Positions 1-14,011 of a DNA stretch of 64,000 bases are shown piece after piece. The notes beneath the pieces are model-generated. The model saw only the letters and a list, made by a program, of their open reading frames with translations. It was not told the origin of the DNA and searched no databases. Origin of the DNA: Blasia pusilla (taxonomy: Eukaryota); NCBI GenBank assembly GCA_050084515.1, contig CM114271.1:434001-498000 (forward strand), in the 5' to 3' direction. Within the stretch, counting starts at the first letter, position 1. Every line of letters starts with the position of its first letter. The translations under genes were made by a program, and so were the position numbers.

Positions 1-486
1 TGTCGGATCCTACGGGGGAGGCTGTGCGAGCCCAAGTGGCAGCACAAAGGAGATTGCAACAAGGAGCGGCGGCATCGGTGGCGAAGAAGACCCATCTCTA
101 GAGTCAACTCCATGACGTACATCGATTTGTCCCCCTACCCATAGAAATATATGGGGTTATGGTGGAGAGGTTTGACTTGTTCCTCATGGATTGTGCCTCA
201 TCATGTCTAGTCAAGGAAGAGGTTGTCATTAGCTACTGCGATTCTTTATTGTAGGCAACGAGTGTCCATAGCCTTGCAACGTGCCCAAGCCAATGGGCTT
301 TTGCGACGGGCTTAGGCTGTGGGAGATGTCGGCACTAGAGACTCATTTAGTGGTAATCTTGTCTCTCTTACGTCTCTAGTAATCACGTCTCTATGTTGGC
401 TCTAGTAATGACGTCTCCCGATTGTCTTTGTTGTTCGTGAATTTCGCTAATAGAGAATGCCTTTTTTGGGGGCCGATTATGACCTT
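1..486 (-). mobile_element. Degenerate LINE fragment (APE endonuclease region), homologous to 46650-47115
   Basis: Aligns visibly with 46652-47112 (e.g. ggatcctac..ggagg.tgtgcgagcccaag, gattcttta.t.taggcaacgagt, gggccgattatg.cctt). The minus strand gives decayed S(R)L(D)RW and SPVGSD, resembling the SRLDR and SDH motifs of LINE endonucleases. Confidence 0.5.
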
Positions 487-1413
487 GAGATATTGTATTT
501 TTAAAGTCTACTTTTTAATCCCAAATGGGCTGTTGCATTGGATGGTGGGTGCCCGCGATCGTGAATCCCAATTCTGGGCACCACACCACGGGCGAGCCGT
601 ACTGGTCCTCGCTATCTGACGCGGCACCCGATATTGGGTCCGTCGTGTCCAATGACGGCCAAGGCCGGTTCTCTCCGCCTCGTCCGACCCTCATCGCATA
701 TCGGGTACCGGCGATTTGGAAACCTCCAACGCCCCGCGATGCCGACAATCGTGGCCGCCTGTTGCTAGCCAGCCAGCCAGCCAGAGAGCCAGCTAACTAG
801 GCGCGGTCGTCCGACACCGCTCCCGCTGCATACAATCGCGGTCCTTCGAACGCTTCGCTTTGCTCCGGCTCTCGCTTCGTAGAACTCGTCGTCCGTCTGT
901 CCCACGCGCTTCTCGTCCCCGTCCCCGTCCCCGTCCCCGTGGCCGCAGCGCCGAAACTCGGGGCAGGAAGGAGAGCGTAGAGCGGAGGGTGTCGAACGAG
1001 CCATTTGAGAGAGCGCGCTCAGGAGGAGGAGGAGGAGGAGGAAGAAGAGATTGGTAGCGGAGTGGGAAGGAATTGTTATGCTTTCGATCGCTTGGATTGA
1101 GGAAGAGGACAGAGAGAAAGAAAGAGAGGGAGAGAGGGAGAAAGGTCTGTGCAGGAGCAGATTGAGTGCTCCGGAGTGTGTCTTTGGAGCTCAATTTTGG
1201 AGCTCCTGGAGGGGGCGAGGAGCCTCTGGAGGGGTAGGGTAGGGAAGTTGTGGTTTACGCTTTAGTTTGGGTACGCGGTTTCTGATTGTGTGATCGAGAG
1301 CAATCGGGAGCGGGCGGAGCTTGTTAGGTAGGAATAGGGTGTAGTCGTCGAGGAGAGTGTGATCCTGACGGCCGAAGAGGATCTTGGCAGGTTGGGCTGC
1401 GACTGGGGCGACG

Positions 1414-4400
1414 ATGCCTGTGGCTTTGGGATCCGCGGCTTCGTCTTCTTACAGGGATAGAACTTCGGAACTGCATTCTGTAGCGGAAAGGTTACGGAAA
1501 TCGCAAGCTTTTTCTGGATCTGCTACTACTTCTCACGCGTCAGCTACGAATGGATCCGTCGATGGCTCTGCTAGGCTGCAGGGTCCGCAATCTTCTGGAT
1601 CGGTGCAATCAGAGTTTAACAAGCTTGCTTCCAGGATCGGCCTCAGCATACATTCAACCTCACAGAAACTTTCAAAGTTGACCAAACGTAAGTTCCTCTG
1701 TACTTATCCGTGCGTGACACCAGAGTCTGTATTCGTTCACACAGTGAGACGGGTTATGGGTGATGAAGTCACTTCCATTTGGTACGGAAAGGCAACGTTC
1801 GACCTCGGGAGGAGGAAATCACGGAACAATGATCTGTCTGACGCTAGAGTGCAAAAGCCCATGGGCCAATGGTACCAGTTAAAGGCAGAAAGAGACTCCA
1901 CGGAATAACTGTCTGCGCAGCATTGGACTGACAAGCGGGGTGGTGTCTTGGTATGCGGTTTCTAGTCGGTATTTCCAACTGATGTAGCGAATGTGCGGTC
2001 CCTGCTGTCATCTGCATCGCTTTTGACATGTGCACCTGTCCGTTAGGTCAATTTACAATTTTCGTGTGTCAAGTGTATTTAATATCTTTGAAGACATTAT
2101 TTCTTCTTGTGGCCAAGTGCAATTTCTGAAGACTGGTTGTTTTAATGTACTGCAGTGGCGAAAAGGACTTCAATGTTCGACGATCCGGCAACAGAGATTC
2201 AAGAACTCACAGCTGTGATCAAACAAGACATTAAAGCACTAAACGCAGCTATTGCTGACTTACAGGTTGTATGTGACACCCGAAATGACGGCGGAAACAG
2301 AAGTCAACACAGTAGCCAGCATTCTACCACCGTTGTGGACAATCTCAAGAGTAGACTCATGAATACAACGAAGGAGTTTACGGATGTACTAACGTTGCGG
2401 ACTGAGGTCAGTTAGCCAATGGCCGCAACAATCACCCGAATTTCGGAAAGAAATTGTTAGTGGCGATGTTGATCATCCTACAAAATGTCACACGAAACGG
2501 ATCCTGCGAAAATATCACATGGAATTGATGAAGCCATGTAGTTTTTTGGTAAAATTACGGTGTTCTTCGTTGCACTTGTTTGTCTTATACTACCTGTCTA
2601 CCGACTGAAGTTTCCTCAAAGGTTTGACTGGACAAATTCGAACAACTTTACCCGTAGGTGGATCATTTCTTGTGTGCATTGGTTTTAAAGATATTCAATG
2701 TTCGCTATCTCGCAGAATTTGAAGGTTCATGAGAACAGGAGACAACTTTTTACTGCTACTCCGCCTAAAGAGGCCAGCAATCCCTTCAGCCGACAGCGTC
2801 CACTTGTCACTGTGAATGGTACTAGTACAAGTAGTAGTTCAGGTTCAGTTTCTGGTACCGGAACTAGTACTAGTGCTAGTCCCCTAACTCATCCTTGGGC
2901 TAATGGAGCGACACCAAGTACTCAGCTTTTTTCGTCCAGGTAACTTTGATTCTGACGTTTATTGTTTTTGTGACGGTTTTGAATGTTGACAACCATGGAA
3001 ACTTTGGAATCGTTATGGTGCATTGAGAACTCGTCAAGAATGTGTTTTGTAAACCAGTCCTCTTGGCCTATCTGACCCATGGATTTGACCACAGTTGCAT
3101 CAAGTAGAAGAGTTGAAGAGCAAGTAGAAGTTGTACAAGTTTACCGGAGTGCCTTGTGTACTGGCGATAGGCTTTGGATTAACTTTCAATAACCATAACT
3201 GTTCTGGTGTTTTCAATTATGCTGTAACATGTACACTTTTACCTGCACCTGCCTTGAACTCCAAAAAGTAAGTCATAGAATGGAGTCGTCCCACAGCGAG
3301 GACGATGATTTCAAACAACCCTTTCTGACGGCAAATGACAGAGAAGGGTGATTGTGAATTCTGGTAGAGATCGGGAATTTTAACATCATTATTTACAGTG
3401 ACCCCATGGCCTAAATAGCTTCTCTACTCAGGTTGTTGTTTCTGGTCCTTCAAACTTCCTGCACCCCATCTATCGAGGGTTCAAACAATGTGACGCGAAA
3501 GCGTCAAGGCCTTACATGGAGAGTATTTTCTTTGTGATCTCATTGCATGTGCTTGTACCCTTCACTATAGTAATGGTCACCAAACTGTAAAGAAGTTGAA
3601 GCTATAGCTGTGTTCTGGCAACACCCTATTTTTATGAGCAAGGGGTGTGAAATAATCAGTAAGTGTACTCCTGAGCAAAGGAACAACTCAATTAAGTTAT
3701 GGGTACAATGTTGTGCTACGTTGAATCAAGGCATGACTAAACCTGAAAGCAGCAGCCTTGCGTAACAGCCATTTTAACTCCTCCCCATCAATACACCCTA
3801 ATAGTCTCATGTACCTGGGCCTTTCTCTTGGCTGATGGTCCTGGTTTGAAAGATTTTTTCGCGGATCTGATAATCAATTATAGTATGGTTTGTGATTACT
3901 GAGGATTTTCTATTGTTACAAGAGATGCAGTTCACATGTAGGTTGAGCATCTCGTTCAAGGAGTGAAGTTGGTCTCATTTACTTGCGTCTACTTTGCAAG
4001 TATTAATATGGGTGTGCTGGAGCCGGTGTTGATTGTGAATGACCTGCTATTGTTCCAGAGGGAGGGGTTTGTTCAAGACTTCTTGAAGACAGATGAGAGT
4101 GGGGCAAAGGTCATCTGGATTATGTTCCTGGAAATTTGGTTGGACTATTTGAAAACTTTTTTTGGCATGTGGCAGAGACACATCAGTTGGCATGTCCAGT
4201 CGCACACAGTTGAGGTCTGTCCATGTTTTCTGGTCAGGTCACTTCACAAAATGTACTCTTCAGTTGCATTGTGCTCACTGACTCTTATTTTGCTGTCGAA
4301 ATATTTATTGACCTTGCTGAATTATAATCAATGGACAGTCAAAGTGACATAGATATACATTGGACAGTTTTGATTTATTTTTTTATGAATCTCTGCAACC

Positions 4401-5445
4401 TGTGTTTCTTTTGAATAAACTCTTAGATTACGGTGTCATGGGATATGGACCATTGTAAATGAAACTTATGAACATATCTTCAATTTCTTCATGCCAGTCA
4501 CACAAACATTACACAGACGTTACAGCTGCACTTTTACACAAACATGCCCTCTTCTTTACAGAGTTTCTGACTGATATTCTCCTATTCAATCTCATTCGCT
4601 TGTCATTGAAATGTTTGTCTGGATGGTTTTTGACTCTGGAGAGCTTTTAAATTGGTGGTGGCTACAGGCGTCGTGGAAATGCTGAAGTAGCAGCTAGTCC
4701 TGGACCAATTCAAGGGCAAATGATGCAGCAGCAGCAGCAGATGGTTCCTGTCCAGGACAGCTACATGCAGAGCAGAGCAGAGGCACTTCATAATGTAGAG
4801 TCTACTATTGTAGAGCTCGGTCACATATTTCAGCAGCTGGCTGATATGGTTGCACAGCAAGGTGAACTTACTGTGCGGTAAGTTCGTGTGCCCTTTTTCC
4901 ATGACTTTCATGTTCATGTTAAACTCTATTTTTAGTTTGGGAATCAACCATAATTACCAGTTGTAAAGCTATTTAATGTTCAGTTTTCGTGAAGACTAGT
5001 ATATGGAATGAACTTTCTTTCATTTTTTTTATGCAGTGTTTTCATGACATTTCAGCTGAAAGATGTTGTAATTACGTTTGTTTCTTAGGTTTGATTTGTG
5101 TTGCCGTACATGACAGCAGCAAAGATAGTCTGTAATATGTAAGGACTGAGAGTCTGTAATATGTAGGGTCTCAGTCCTTGAGCTGAACTATCAAGTAAAG
5201 GACTACTACCTGTGGATTTTGAAGACCTGAATTTGGACGCAGTAGTAATTGGTATTTGACATGTCAAACGTCAATCCTGGTGCAGGATTGATGAGAACTT
5301 GGATGACTCATTGGCTAATGTTGAGGGCGCACAAGGGGCGCTATTGAAATATCTAAGCCGAATATCATCCAACAGATGGCTGGTCATCAAAATATTTTTC
5401 GTGCTTATTGTTTTCCTACTAATTTTTGTCGTCTTTGTAGCTTGA
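1414..5445 (+). CDS. SYP32: Golgi Qa-SNARE syntaxin, SYP3/Sed5/syntaxin-5 family; exons 1414-1687, 2156-2406, 2716-2939, 4668-4877, 5286-5445
   Basis: GT-AG introns splice in frame. N-terminal YRDRTSE motif; KLAKRTSMFDDP...EIQELTAVIKQDI; NLKVHENRRQLF; SNARE motif DSYMQSRAEALHNVESTIVELGHIFQQLA...RIDENLDDSLANVEGAQ; C-terminal anchor SSNRWLVIKIFFVLIVFLLIFVVFVA*. Confidence 0.95.
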
Positions 5446-7392
5446 GTCGGCCACACAGGATTCTTGATATTGAAGGGGCATCTCATGTATAATGAAGAGC
5501 TATTTAGTTGCCACTGCATCAGGCTGCCTTTGTCAGTCGGCAGTCACATTCATTTATTTACCTGGAGCTTTTTGAGTGTGGAAAACAGGCAGTAACCTGT
5601 AATTTTAAGAGTCTACAGAGGTATTTTATTGCGCTACAATTAGCACATTGGTTTCGCTAATAAGTTGCTCAAAAGACAGGGACTTCTGGGTTTGCAGGGT
5701 TCTGAAATACTACCTGGATTTTCAAGAGTGATCTTTCTCTCTAAATGTTACTGTTAGTTTCACACTCATGCCATCATGTATATACTACAACAAGCTCCTT
5801 GCAGATTTTGGTTGGTTGAGAAGGCCTTCCGATGGTGCTGCTTGAGTTTCCAGAGGCAAGTTCTGGTGAATAACTGGTAGCGGTAAGGGTTCAGTCTATG
5901 TTATTCCATTGAGCACTATTTTAACGTGTAAAGACAGCTGAGAACAAGCCATGCATTTTGTCATGACTCTACTTCCAAAGACAGTTTGTCGGAAGAGGAT
6001 TCAACCTCTTGAAACCTTGGAGTCTCAACTTCCAATTCCCTTCTCCTGTAAAACCAGTGTGCTGGGATGGCCTGTTGTGTTCAAAGTTGCAATAATGGGT
6101 TGTCTTGGTTGGAGCGATGGTGGAAGAGTATGTAGTTATTAGTTTTACATTTTATGAAAGAATGAGCACCATGGTCGTCAGATGAGAAAACTGTGGAATG
6201 CATGCCTACATGGTACCTGTCAAAGAACGAGGATGCCAATTTTTTTACGGTTCTGGGAAATGAGCTTAGAGATGTCTGCTTTTTGAATTGTCAATAGTTG
6301 ACTCGTTTGGATGGTTGAACCTTTCATGGAGGAAAGGCATGTGGAGCTTAATTCGCTGTGAAGGTATGATGTGAGATCCCCTCGCTCAGCAGGATCGAAC
6401 ACATGGTTGTTCAGGAGATGGCCAGAATGTGGAGATGAGCTTGCAGGAATGTAAGCATTTAGGGCTAAAGGATTGACTTAACAAACCTCTGAAATTTGTA
6501 AATATCTATGTCTGAAAGCTACCTCTGCCTATCATGCATTTCACTAGAATGTAGGCACCTTCTTTCTGCTCTTAGACCTATGCCTAAATCATAAACATCA
6601 CTTCTCTTTGAGCTTGATGGCCTTGCAACAAGAATTACACCTGGTCTTCAATCCCATTCCCAAGAAATAGTTTCCAATGTCATTTCAGCCTATGATATCA
6701 GTTCATGGAGTCCTAGTTACGGAGCTGTCCAGTCAGTTGCTTGGATGGACATGTTTGGGTTTTGTGGAAGTGTGTCTGCCTAACACGAAGATTGTTCCTA
6801 TGTAGAATCTTGATTAGTTTGGTGAGATAGGGAACGGTGTTGGACGAAATCTTGTTCCTCGGGGGGAGTTGTATGGGCAGTCAGTTGTAGAGTTTGAGAT
6901 GGGAAATTTCTTGTAGATGGATGAGTTTTGCAGCCGCCTCGGATTTCTGTGAATGAGGATTGCTGGAGTGTGTTGGGACGAATTTACATGAGAAGGTTTG
7001 AAATCGAAGCAGTGAAAATGCTCATGCATGATGTGATTGTAACTCTCATGGATATTACACTAACTAGTGATTTTGACTGAACTTGTAATGTTACAGTTTC
7101 TGTCGTGTAATATCTCTTGTTCGCCTTCAATGGTTGAGGTGGGCACCGCATTTGAGATCAGGGGAAACCCTCCTTAGCTTGGTATACCTCATTTCAGTTT
7201 TAAAGATAGCATCCTGAAGTAATGGATGAGGGAGACTCACAAGGCCCTCTATTGGAAACAATGGCCAGGGAATCGGGGTTACGTGTTGAGCTGGCCTGAA
7301 GAATTTGAGAACTTCCGATGCAGGTCCGTCACCTACCGGCCAAAAACCGATGGTTTAGGGAGGTTGTCCTTTGTATTAGTATCTGTTTAGCC

Positions 7393-7468
7393 GTCTGGAA
7401 TGAAGAAAACTTTGAAAATTGCTGCTCGGGTCTGGAATGAAGAAAACTTTGAAAATTGCTGCTCGGGT
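7393..7468. repeat. Perfect 37-bp tandem duplication
   Basis: gtctggaatgaagaaaactttgaaaattgctgctcgg occurs at 7393 and 7430. Confidence 0.9.
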
Positions 7469-8247
7469 TTTGTAGAGACCGGAAAGGTGTGGGTTGTCCC
7501 GAAAAAATTCCCTTGTCCCTGATCGGAAAGTAGTACATTCGCTATTCGCTACAGTGTAGAAACATTCGTCGGTGTTCCATGGATAATGTATGGTGATAGG
7601 TTCGTAGTATTTCTCCTCATTGCCATATTTTCTTAAATAAATTATTTATAATTTTAATATAATATATCGATTCTTATAGCTAAGCTTCTTTGACATCTAG
7701 GTCGTATGGATTCAATAATAGCTAACTAGGGCATTTAAAATGTGGCAAATGACCTTCGGCATGTCAAATCGGCAGTGTATCCTTCTATACCTTATGATAG
7801 AAATCGGCGTTTCATGCGCTTACTACCAAGAACTGTGCTAAATCTGGCACTTTATGATAACACAGATCTAGAAAAATGTAAGTGTCCTTTCTTCTGCGAC
7901 TCGTATCAGGAAAACTCCTAGACACGGGCAGCCGAAGAAAACTGTTAAATTGCTCCCGGCCACACACGAGTGGTAACTACCAGTACGTACATTGTAATTA
8001 CTGGTACTTACAACTGTGTTTACAGTGTGGATCTACATCATCACTTATAGTAATTTAATAGGTTTCCAGTTTCAGTATGGGGGCCATCAAATTCACAACA
8101 CAAGTATAAGTATTGGCCAGTCGGACGAATGCCAAATTTGTAGGTGACACTTCATTGAGTGGAGAGAGAATATACTGAGATCGGGTCGTGAACAAGTGAA
8201 TATACTGGTCACTAATATGTCTCGATAGGGAATTTTGGGCAAATCAA

Positions 8248-8381
8248 AATAAAATGCTCTTTGGATAAAATTTGATTTCTAGCCATTAGCCTCTTTACAG
8301 GTGGCTTCTCGCCAATAAAATATTCTTTGGATATAAAATTTAATTTCTAACCATTAGCCTCTTTACAAGTGGCTTCTGGCC
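8248..8381. repeat. Imperfect ~66-bp tandem duplication
   Basis: aataaaat..tctttggat...aaaattt.atttcta.ccattagcctctttaca.gtggcttct.gcc occurs at 8248 and 8314. Confidence 0.85.
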
Positions 8382-9007
8382 AAAGTAATACATTCCCTAT
8401 GGATATACTTCAGATTCTTACAATCCATGTACTTATAACAAAATAATTACTTCAAGAAAATAGTTTAGGAACGAATATGAATCCCAACCCAAAATAAAGA
8501 GAGTGTAGTTTTCAAATTGTCAATTCTCATTTTTATATGCGAGTGCCAAATGGGGCTAATCAAAACCAAACCTTCTCTCATCATATGTGCTACCTACCCT
8601 GTTTTAAAATGGACATGGAAATGTGTTACCCACGTGCTCCAAAATGCACATAGAAACTACTCATAGTTCTAAAGAAAGTGTACAAAGCAAATGAGAGTTT
8701 CATCATTTACTCTAAGTGCACGTAAAATTTGGAACCATGCTTGTTTGCCCCATTGATCACACAAAGATCCATCATATGGTTAGCTATGTCACATATTACC
8801 CAGATCTACACGTCACATTTTGATTTGTTATTTTTAATGTTAATATATTAAATTGCACTAGTTATCTTGAGCTTGGGCATATATTAAGGTTCTTCTTCAA
8901 GCTTAGTATGATATTCCTTAGACCAAATGTGATCTAAGGAAATCAAGCTTGTATATAGATATCATATATATGAAGATGTTATCCAAATATCAATTTGTAT
9001 TAATATA

Positions 9008-10017
9008 TGTCGCGAACCTCATAACCAAATGAGCGCCAAGCGGAACATCAAAACTCTAGTGGGTTCATGTTATGATGGTTTGTGCGTTGCAAAGATCTTT
9101 TGAAGGAAATATAAGATATGAGACGCGAACAAGTTTGAGCGTTTAATGCGTTTATGGTCAAGACTGGAAATTTGAACCAAAAATGAACCAAGACTTGAGA
9201 GGAGTCGAGTCTAGAAAGAGTGGTTGCCAAAGAGGTGAGAACCGGATTTAGAATTCGAACGTGACTAGCGTTTGGGATTTGGATCATATTTTGGACCATA
9301 ATTTTTAGTTCCGAGATCCATTTGGGACAAGTAAGGTGACCTTGGAAAGTTTATGCAAATTTGGTTCCAACGCACTAAAGGCATCAACAAACGCACAATC
9401 AAAGGCTGAGAAAATGCCCAAAAATAATTGTATAGGGAATTGGGTTGAGAGCCTAAAAGGGGGCCTGAGAGTCTTTTCCTAAAAGATAGAGGGAGATCGG
9501 AGAACCTCATAAGTACTACTAAGGGAGAAGGTCTTCAAGAGTGCTTGGGACTCAAACCCCACTTTGGAGTGACATGAGGCAAACCCAAGGCACGAAATGG
9601 ATCAAGAGTGTGGCGTGGGGATTCGAGATCCCAACCTAATCCAATAGAGTGGATTCCTGAGGTCACTTTTGGATTCAAACCCGTGACTCATTTATGTGGC
9701 TCTCGGTTAAGGGCTCATGCAAGGTTCATTGGACAGTTGGGATTGCGAGGCGTGCGAACGTCGCTTTAGGTATCTAGACTATCGAGAAACTCTGTCCCAA
9801 GTCCCGGAAGACTTGCCCGTGTTGGGAAGTGAGGAACTAGGAAGGTTGAGCTTGATGAAGTGTTGAGTTAAAAACTCGATGGGTTGGAAGGTTGAGTGAC
9901 CTACACTAGACTAACATGAATGTATTTGGGTGCAGATCAACAGTGAGAGCGTGTCCTACTAAACGTACGCTTCTGCAACACTAGAGATTGGCGTTCAAGA
10001 GGAGTAGGCGCATGGCA
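9008..10017. mobile_element. Probable solo LTR (~1010 bp), a different family from the DNMT element
   Basis: Starts TGTCGCG and ends CATGGCA. Flanked by the 5-bp direct repeat ATATA (9003-9007 and 10018-10022). Non-coding and compositionally distinct from its AT-rich flanks. Confidence 0.6.
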
Positions 10018-12868
10018 ATATATGTTACAATATGTGATCTCTACTTAAACTCTTTACACTTTCTTTCTAATAAAATGATAATCAAAATCTAGTGTGTGTT
10101 TTCTCATAAAATAAAATGTTGGATTATTTTCCAAATGACTTGTATTAATGGTATTTAAAGACATGATAATTTGATCAAAATATTCTAAGCCTATGGTAAC
10201 AAGAATAAGTTTACCCAAGTTAATTCATATTTTATTATTATTGCTCCTTTATATCTTGCTTTTATTGATGATAAAGCAATGTTTGATTATTTCTTATTGC
10301 AATCCTTCCAAATCCCAACAAATGTTTCGGAGAAAACCTTCTCGAAAGGGTGTCCCTATCATTTCCCCTAAATTGTGTACTTTTATGTGGTTGGATGAAG
10401 ATACTCTTATGACTTGCGAGTTGTGGAAAGAGATCTAGATAATTCTTTGCTACCCCTATGGTTTACTAGGGTAGCTTAAAGCTCGCATATGTGGGCGCAA
10501 CTTCCATCCCCTAGAAACCCTAGTGGTTTCTAGAGAATTTCACAATTGTTAACTTTAAAACCATACTAAATAGGGAACAATTTTCTCTTTTGGGAGGTCA
10601 CAACTTTTTGTTGTGATTGCATTAAAAGACCTCTCTAACTTTAATTATGATAACCACCGTAGGGCTGCTCTCAGTTGTCCTACTATGGTTGCTCAAACAA
10701 AATTTGTTGAACACATGAGTGTATACCTAGGGATTTATCAAATCAGTCTATTCCTATCCTTGATGACATCAACAGGGGATGTCATGATTTAGACACCTAA
10801 GAGAAAGCCTCCTACCCGAGCAGAAGGTTTGTGTGGCACGAATACTATAACGATATATGTAGACATACCCAATACTTTATGAGAAAAACATGTAAAGTCT
10901 TATTCAACAATCTCTTCTCTACTTGGAAATGCAAAATTTCATCAAGATAGGATCTTGATATCTCAAGGAGGTATCTCATTTCCCATTTTGGAAACTTTCG
11001 GATAGTTGAAATGCTCATTGAAACCCCTTAATAATCCATCATAGCCATTGGACCCATGTGCAACCCTTAGTAGGGAGGGAGGGGGGGAAGGAGGAATTAA
11101 TTATTAAATAGTTATGGAAGACACGCTAATAGGCTAGATGGAGAAAAAAAATGGTAATAGGGGCCATAAAGAAATTTTTGTTTCCAAATTCTACCCACAT
11201 AATTACAACCTTTGCATAAAACTCTTACTTTTTCTCTTCTCCATATGGCCTATGAACTTCTCTATCAATTTATCTAGCCTATATACTTGAAGTTCACCAC
11301 TCACAACTCTTTCCAAACAAGTTTAAAATCTGGTCCTTTTTCTTGTGTGATTCTATGCACCATGAGATGAGAACTTTGTATGGAGATATGCAATTTAATC
11401 CCTGAAAAATTAATGTGAATCCATTAAGGTTAGTGTGACCTTAACCAAGTGACCTAACTTGTGACATGTGACTTAATTGGTGATCCTACTCTCACTCTTT
11501 AGTACAAACTTTTAGATCCGTGATTCATTGAATACGAATTTTCTAATTTTTTGTGCGAAGAGAACCTTTGTGGTGTTACCAAATTGTATGACTTCATTTA
11601 ATAAGAATTTTCTAAGCTCGTTTGTGCAAAGGTCGGGGGGAGTTTTTTCACGCAAGAACCAATAAATTGTCGGCGTTTCATAGTCCGGATCTGTAAATCG
11701 GATTTCCTATCCATTTTCAATATCTTTTACAAAGAAACCCCCTAATCCCGGAGGCGACCTCTTCCATGCCTGGTATTGCTCCCTTCCCGGATTTCCATGA
11801 ATTCCATTTTCATCAACCATTCCGACGCTAAAACTGGTTATGATAAGGGTGGGAAGAAAATAATTACCATAATGGACAGAGAAAATTGTTTAGAAGAATT
11901 AAAAAGACATAAATATTTATTTCAAAATTCAAATAAATTTCATGCTTCTCTTACGTTAATTTAATAATTCGGCTATAAAAATCGCCGGAAGAGGCGAGTT
12001 ACGGCTGCTTTGATTGGCCGTGCTGAACCAACACTACAACATTTGTGTGTCCACCTCCTGAATCCTGATGCGCGCGCGTGTTTGTTCTACTGCAGTGCAC
12101 ATGCGGAGAGGGACAGTGTGTTTATTTCTGTGTTGGCCGTGCGTTGAGGAATCGGTCGCCTCTTCTGAGTGATTTGGTTGTTGCAGTCGGTGAGCGTCGA
12201 TCGACACATGGCGATTGGTGTGTCTGGTAGGACGGTGCGAGTCGTGTAAGGATGTTTGGAGGAGATTTGGTCCGGCTCGGCTGTCGGGAGAAACTTGCGG
12301 TGACATGCTGGAGAATGGATTAGAAACTTGGAATCTGTTTTGAGACGGAAGGCAAGGCGCAAGTGTTTCGGAAGTTGATTAGGTTTGCCAGAGACCTGTC
12401 GTTGAACAAGTTATTTTCGGCATTCTCTTCACTTTCGTTCGAGAAGGGAAGAGTACGGAGAAAGTTTAGGTTTTCGGATTCTGAAGCGTTTCAATTTTTC
12501 AATTGATCAGGCCATATTCGGAGTCTGGAAGTCGGAAGTCTCTGAGGATATCCAGGGCGGTTCTTGGAAAATTTGTGAGATTGGGGATTACAACGAGGCG
12601 CAGGAGAAACGCTGCTGTGGAAGTTTGGAATGATCTGGAATTTGGCTTTGGAGGTCACAGCAGCTTTAAGAGAGATTAGGCTTGTCCGATATTTTCGGTT
12701 CCAGGATTCCTCTTGTTCAAGCAGTTTCGCAGTGTTTGAAGAGCAAGGGAGATTTTAGAAGGCTCTAGGGAAACTGATTACATAGTGATTTTGACGAGAA
12801 GTTCGAGACGGAGGAAGTTTGTATATCACTTGCTCGGAAGGAAGAGGAGCGCCTAGTGAGGAGGAAAG

Positions 12869-14011
12869 ATGCAATTGTTTCTGCGAAATATCTATGGCAG
12901 GATTGCAGCCTTGCAGGTGGAAAATCATCACACCGTTGCCGATGTGAAGCGCATGGCGATGCCACAAGCGCCCAGCTCTTTGTTGGAGGAGCTTTACGTG
13001 ACTCACGTCGGGCGTTTTTTGGCAGAGGATTCCGTGGTCTCAGACGTGGTTAAGACTGATTCTAGCACTGTGAGCATAGGATTGAGGCTTCGCGGAGGTG
13101 GAGGGGATGGTGGCGCAACAGGAGCCGAATCTCGTGATTGCTATTTGAAGATGTACGCAGAGAAGAAGCCGGATAAGGTGGATCCCAATGAAGCGAAGCT
13201 CGCAAAGTCTACTCGTTGTAATCTCTCCGCGGAAGCTTTGAAACCGCCGTGTGTCATAGATTTTCTCGGAAATCTGTATAACAAAGAAGCGGTGGTGCAG
13301 GCTCTACTGACTAAGAGCGTTCCCAAGAAGCTGAGGCATATTATCAAGGGCCTGAAAGACGTGATACCTATTCAACTGTCGTCAATTCCGGGGATCCGAG
13401 CTGACGATGACAGCGTAGAGACAAAGTTTCATTGTCCGATTACTGGTCAAGAATTCAACGGCAAGTTCAAGTTCTTCGCTCTTAGAGGTTGTGGTCACGT
13501 CTTGAGCGCTCGCGCGCTGAAGGAGGTGAAGACCAACTCATGTCTTGTATGCTATGCACCATTCAAAGAGACGGACAAGATCGTTCTCAATGGAACAGAG
13601 GATGAGGTGTTAGCCTTGCGTGAAAGATGGGAAGAAGAGAAACTTAGGTCCCGAGGAGACAAGAGGGAAAAGAAGTCTCAAACTGCGAATGCAGTACCGA
13701 CAAGATTAAGTAATGGCGAAGTGGCTGAGAAGGTTGATGCCAAGGTCGTGGATATGAATTCTACTGCTGCCACAGTCTTGAAAAGGAAGCCTGAAACTGC
13801 AGTCCTAGCGTCAGTGCAAGCACCGTCGATTCCTGAAGTGAGGCCGAAGGGATCCGATTTGATTCAGCCGTCGAAGAAGTTCAAAGCGGCGGACGTTTTG
13901 TTGCCACAGAATGCAACGAAGGCTGTGTTTGCATCCATTTTTACGTCCTCGAGTAAAAACAGCTTGAAGGAGACTTACAGTTGCAGATCTCTTCCACTCG
14001 GAAGGAATTGA
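12869..14011 (+). CDS. RTF2: Replication termination factor 2 (RTF2) with N-terminal ubiquitin-like domain, 380 aa, intronless CDS
   Basis: Ubiquitin-like start MQLFLRNIYG... ending in LRLRGG. Rtf2 domain GGDGGATGAESRDCYLKMY...GNLYNKEA...FHCPITG...CGHV...CLVC. Plant-type C-terminus SIFTSS...ETYSCRSLPLGRN. Confidence 0.93.
   Translation: MQLFLRNIYGRIAALQVENHHTVADVKRMAMPQAPSSLLEELYVTHVGRFLAEDSVVSDVVKTDSSTVSIGLRLRGGGGDGGATGAESRDCYLKMYAEKKPDKVDPNEAKLAKSTRCNLSAEALKPPCVIDFLGNLYNKEAVVQALLTKSVPKKLRHIIKGLKDVIPIQLSSIPGIRADDDSVETKFHCPITGQEFNGKFKFFALRGCGHVLSARALKEVKTNSCLVCYAPFKETDKIVLNGTEDEVLALRERWEEEKLRSRGDKREKKSQTANAVPTRLSNGEVAEKVDAKVVDMNSTAATVLKRKPETAVLASVQAPSIPEVRPKGSDLIQPSKKFKAADVLLPQNATKAVFASIFTSSSKNSLKETYSCRSLPLGRN

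Noticed and set aside
422-1242. Short overlapping ORFs upstream of the syntaxin
   Set aside because: GC-rich promoter/5' UTR with ccccgt and gga microsatellites; no coding signature.
1384-1413. In-frame upstream TTG extending the syntaxin, like the long isoform of animal syntaxin-5
   Set aside because: It adds only 10 codons with no recognisable retrieval motif; the ATG at 1414 suffices.
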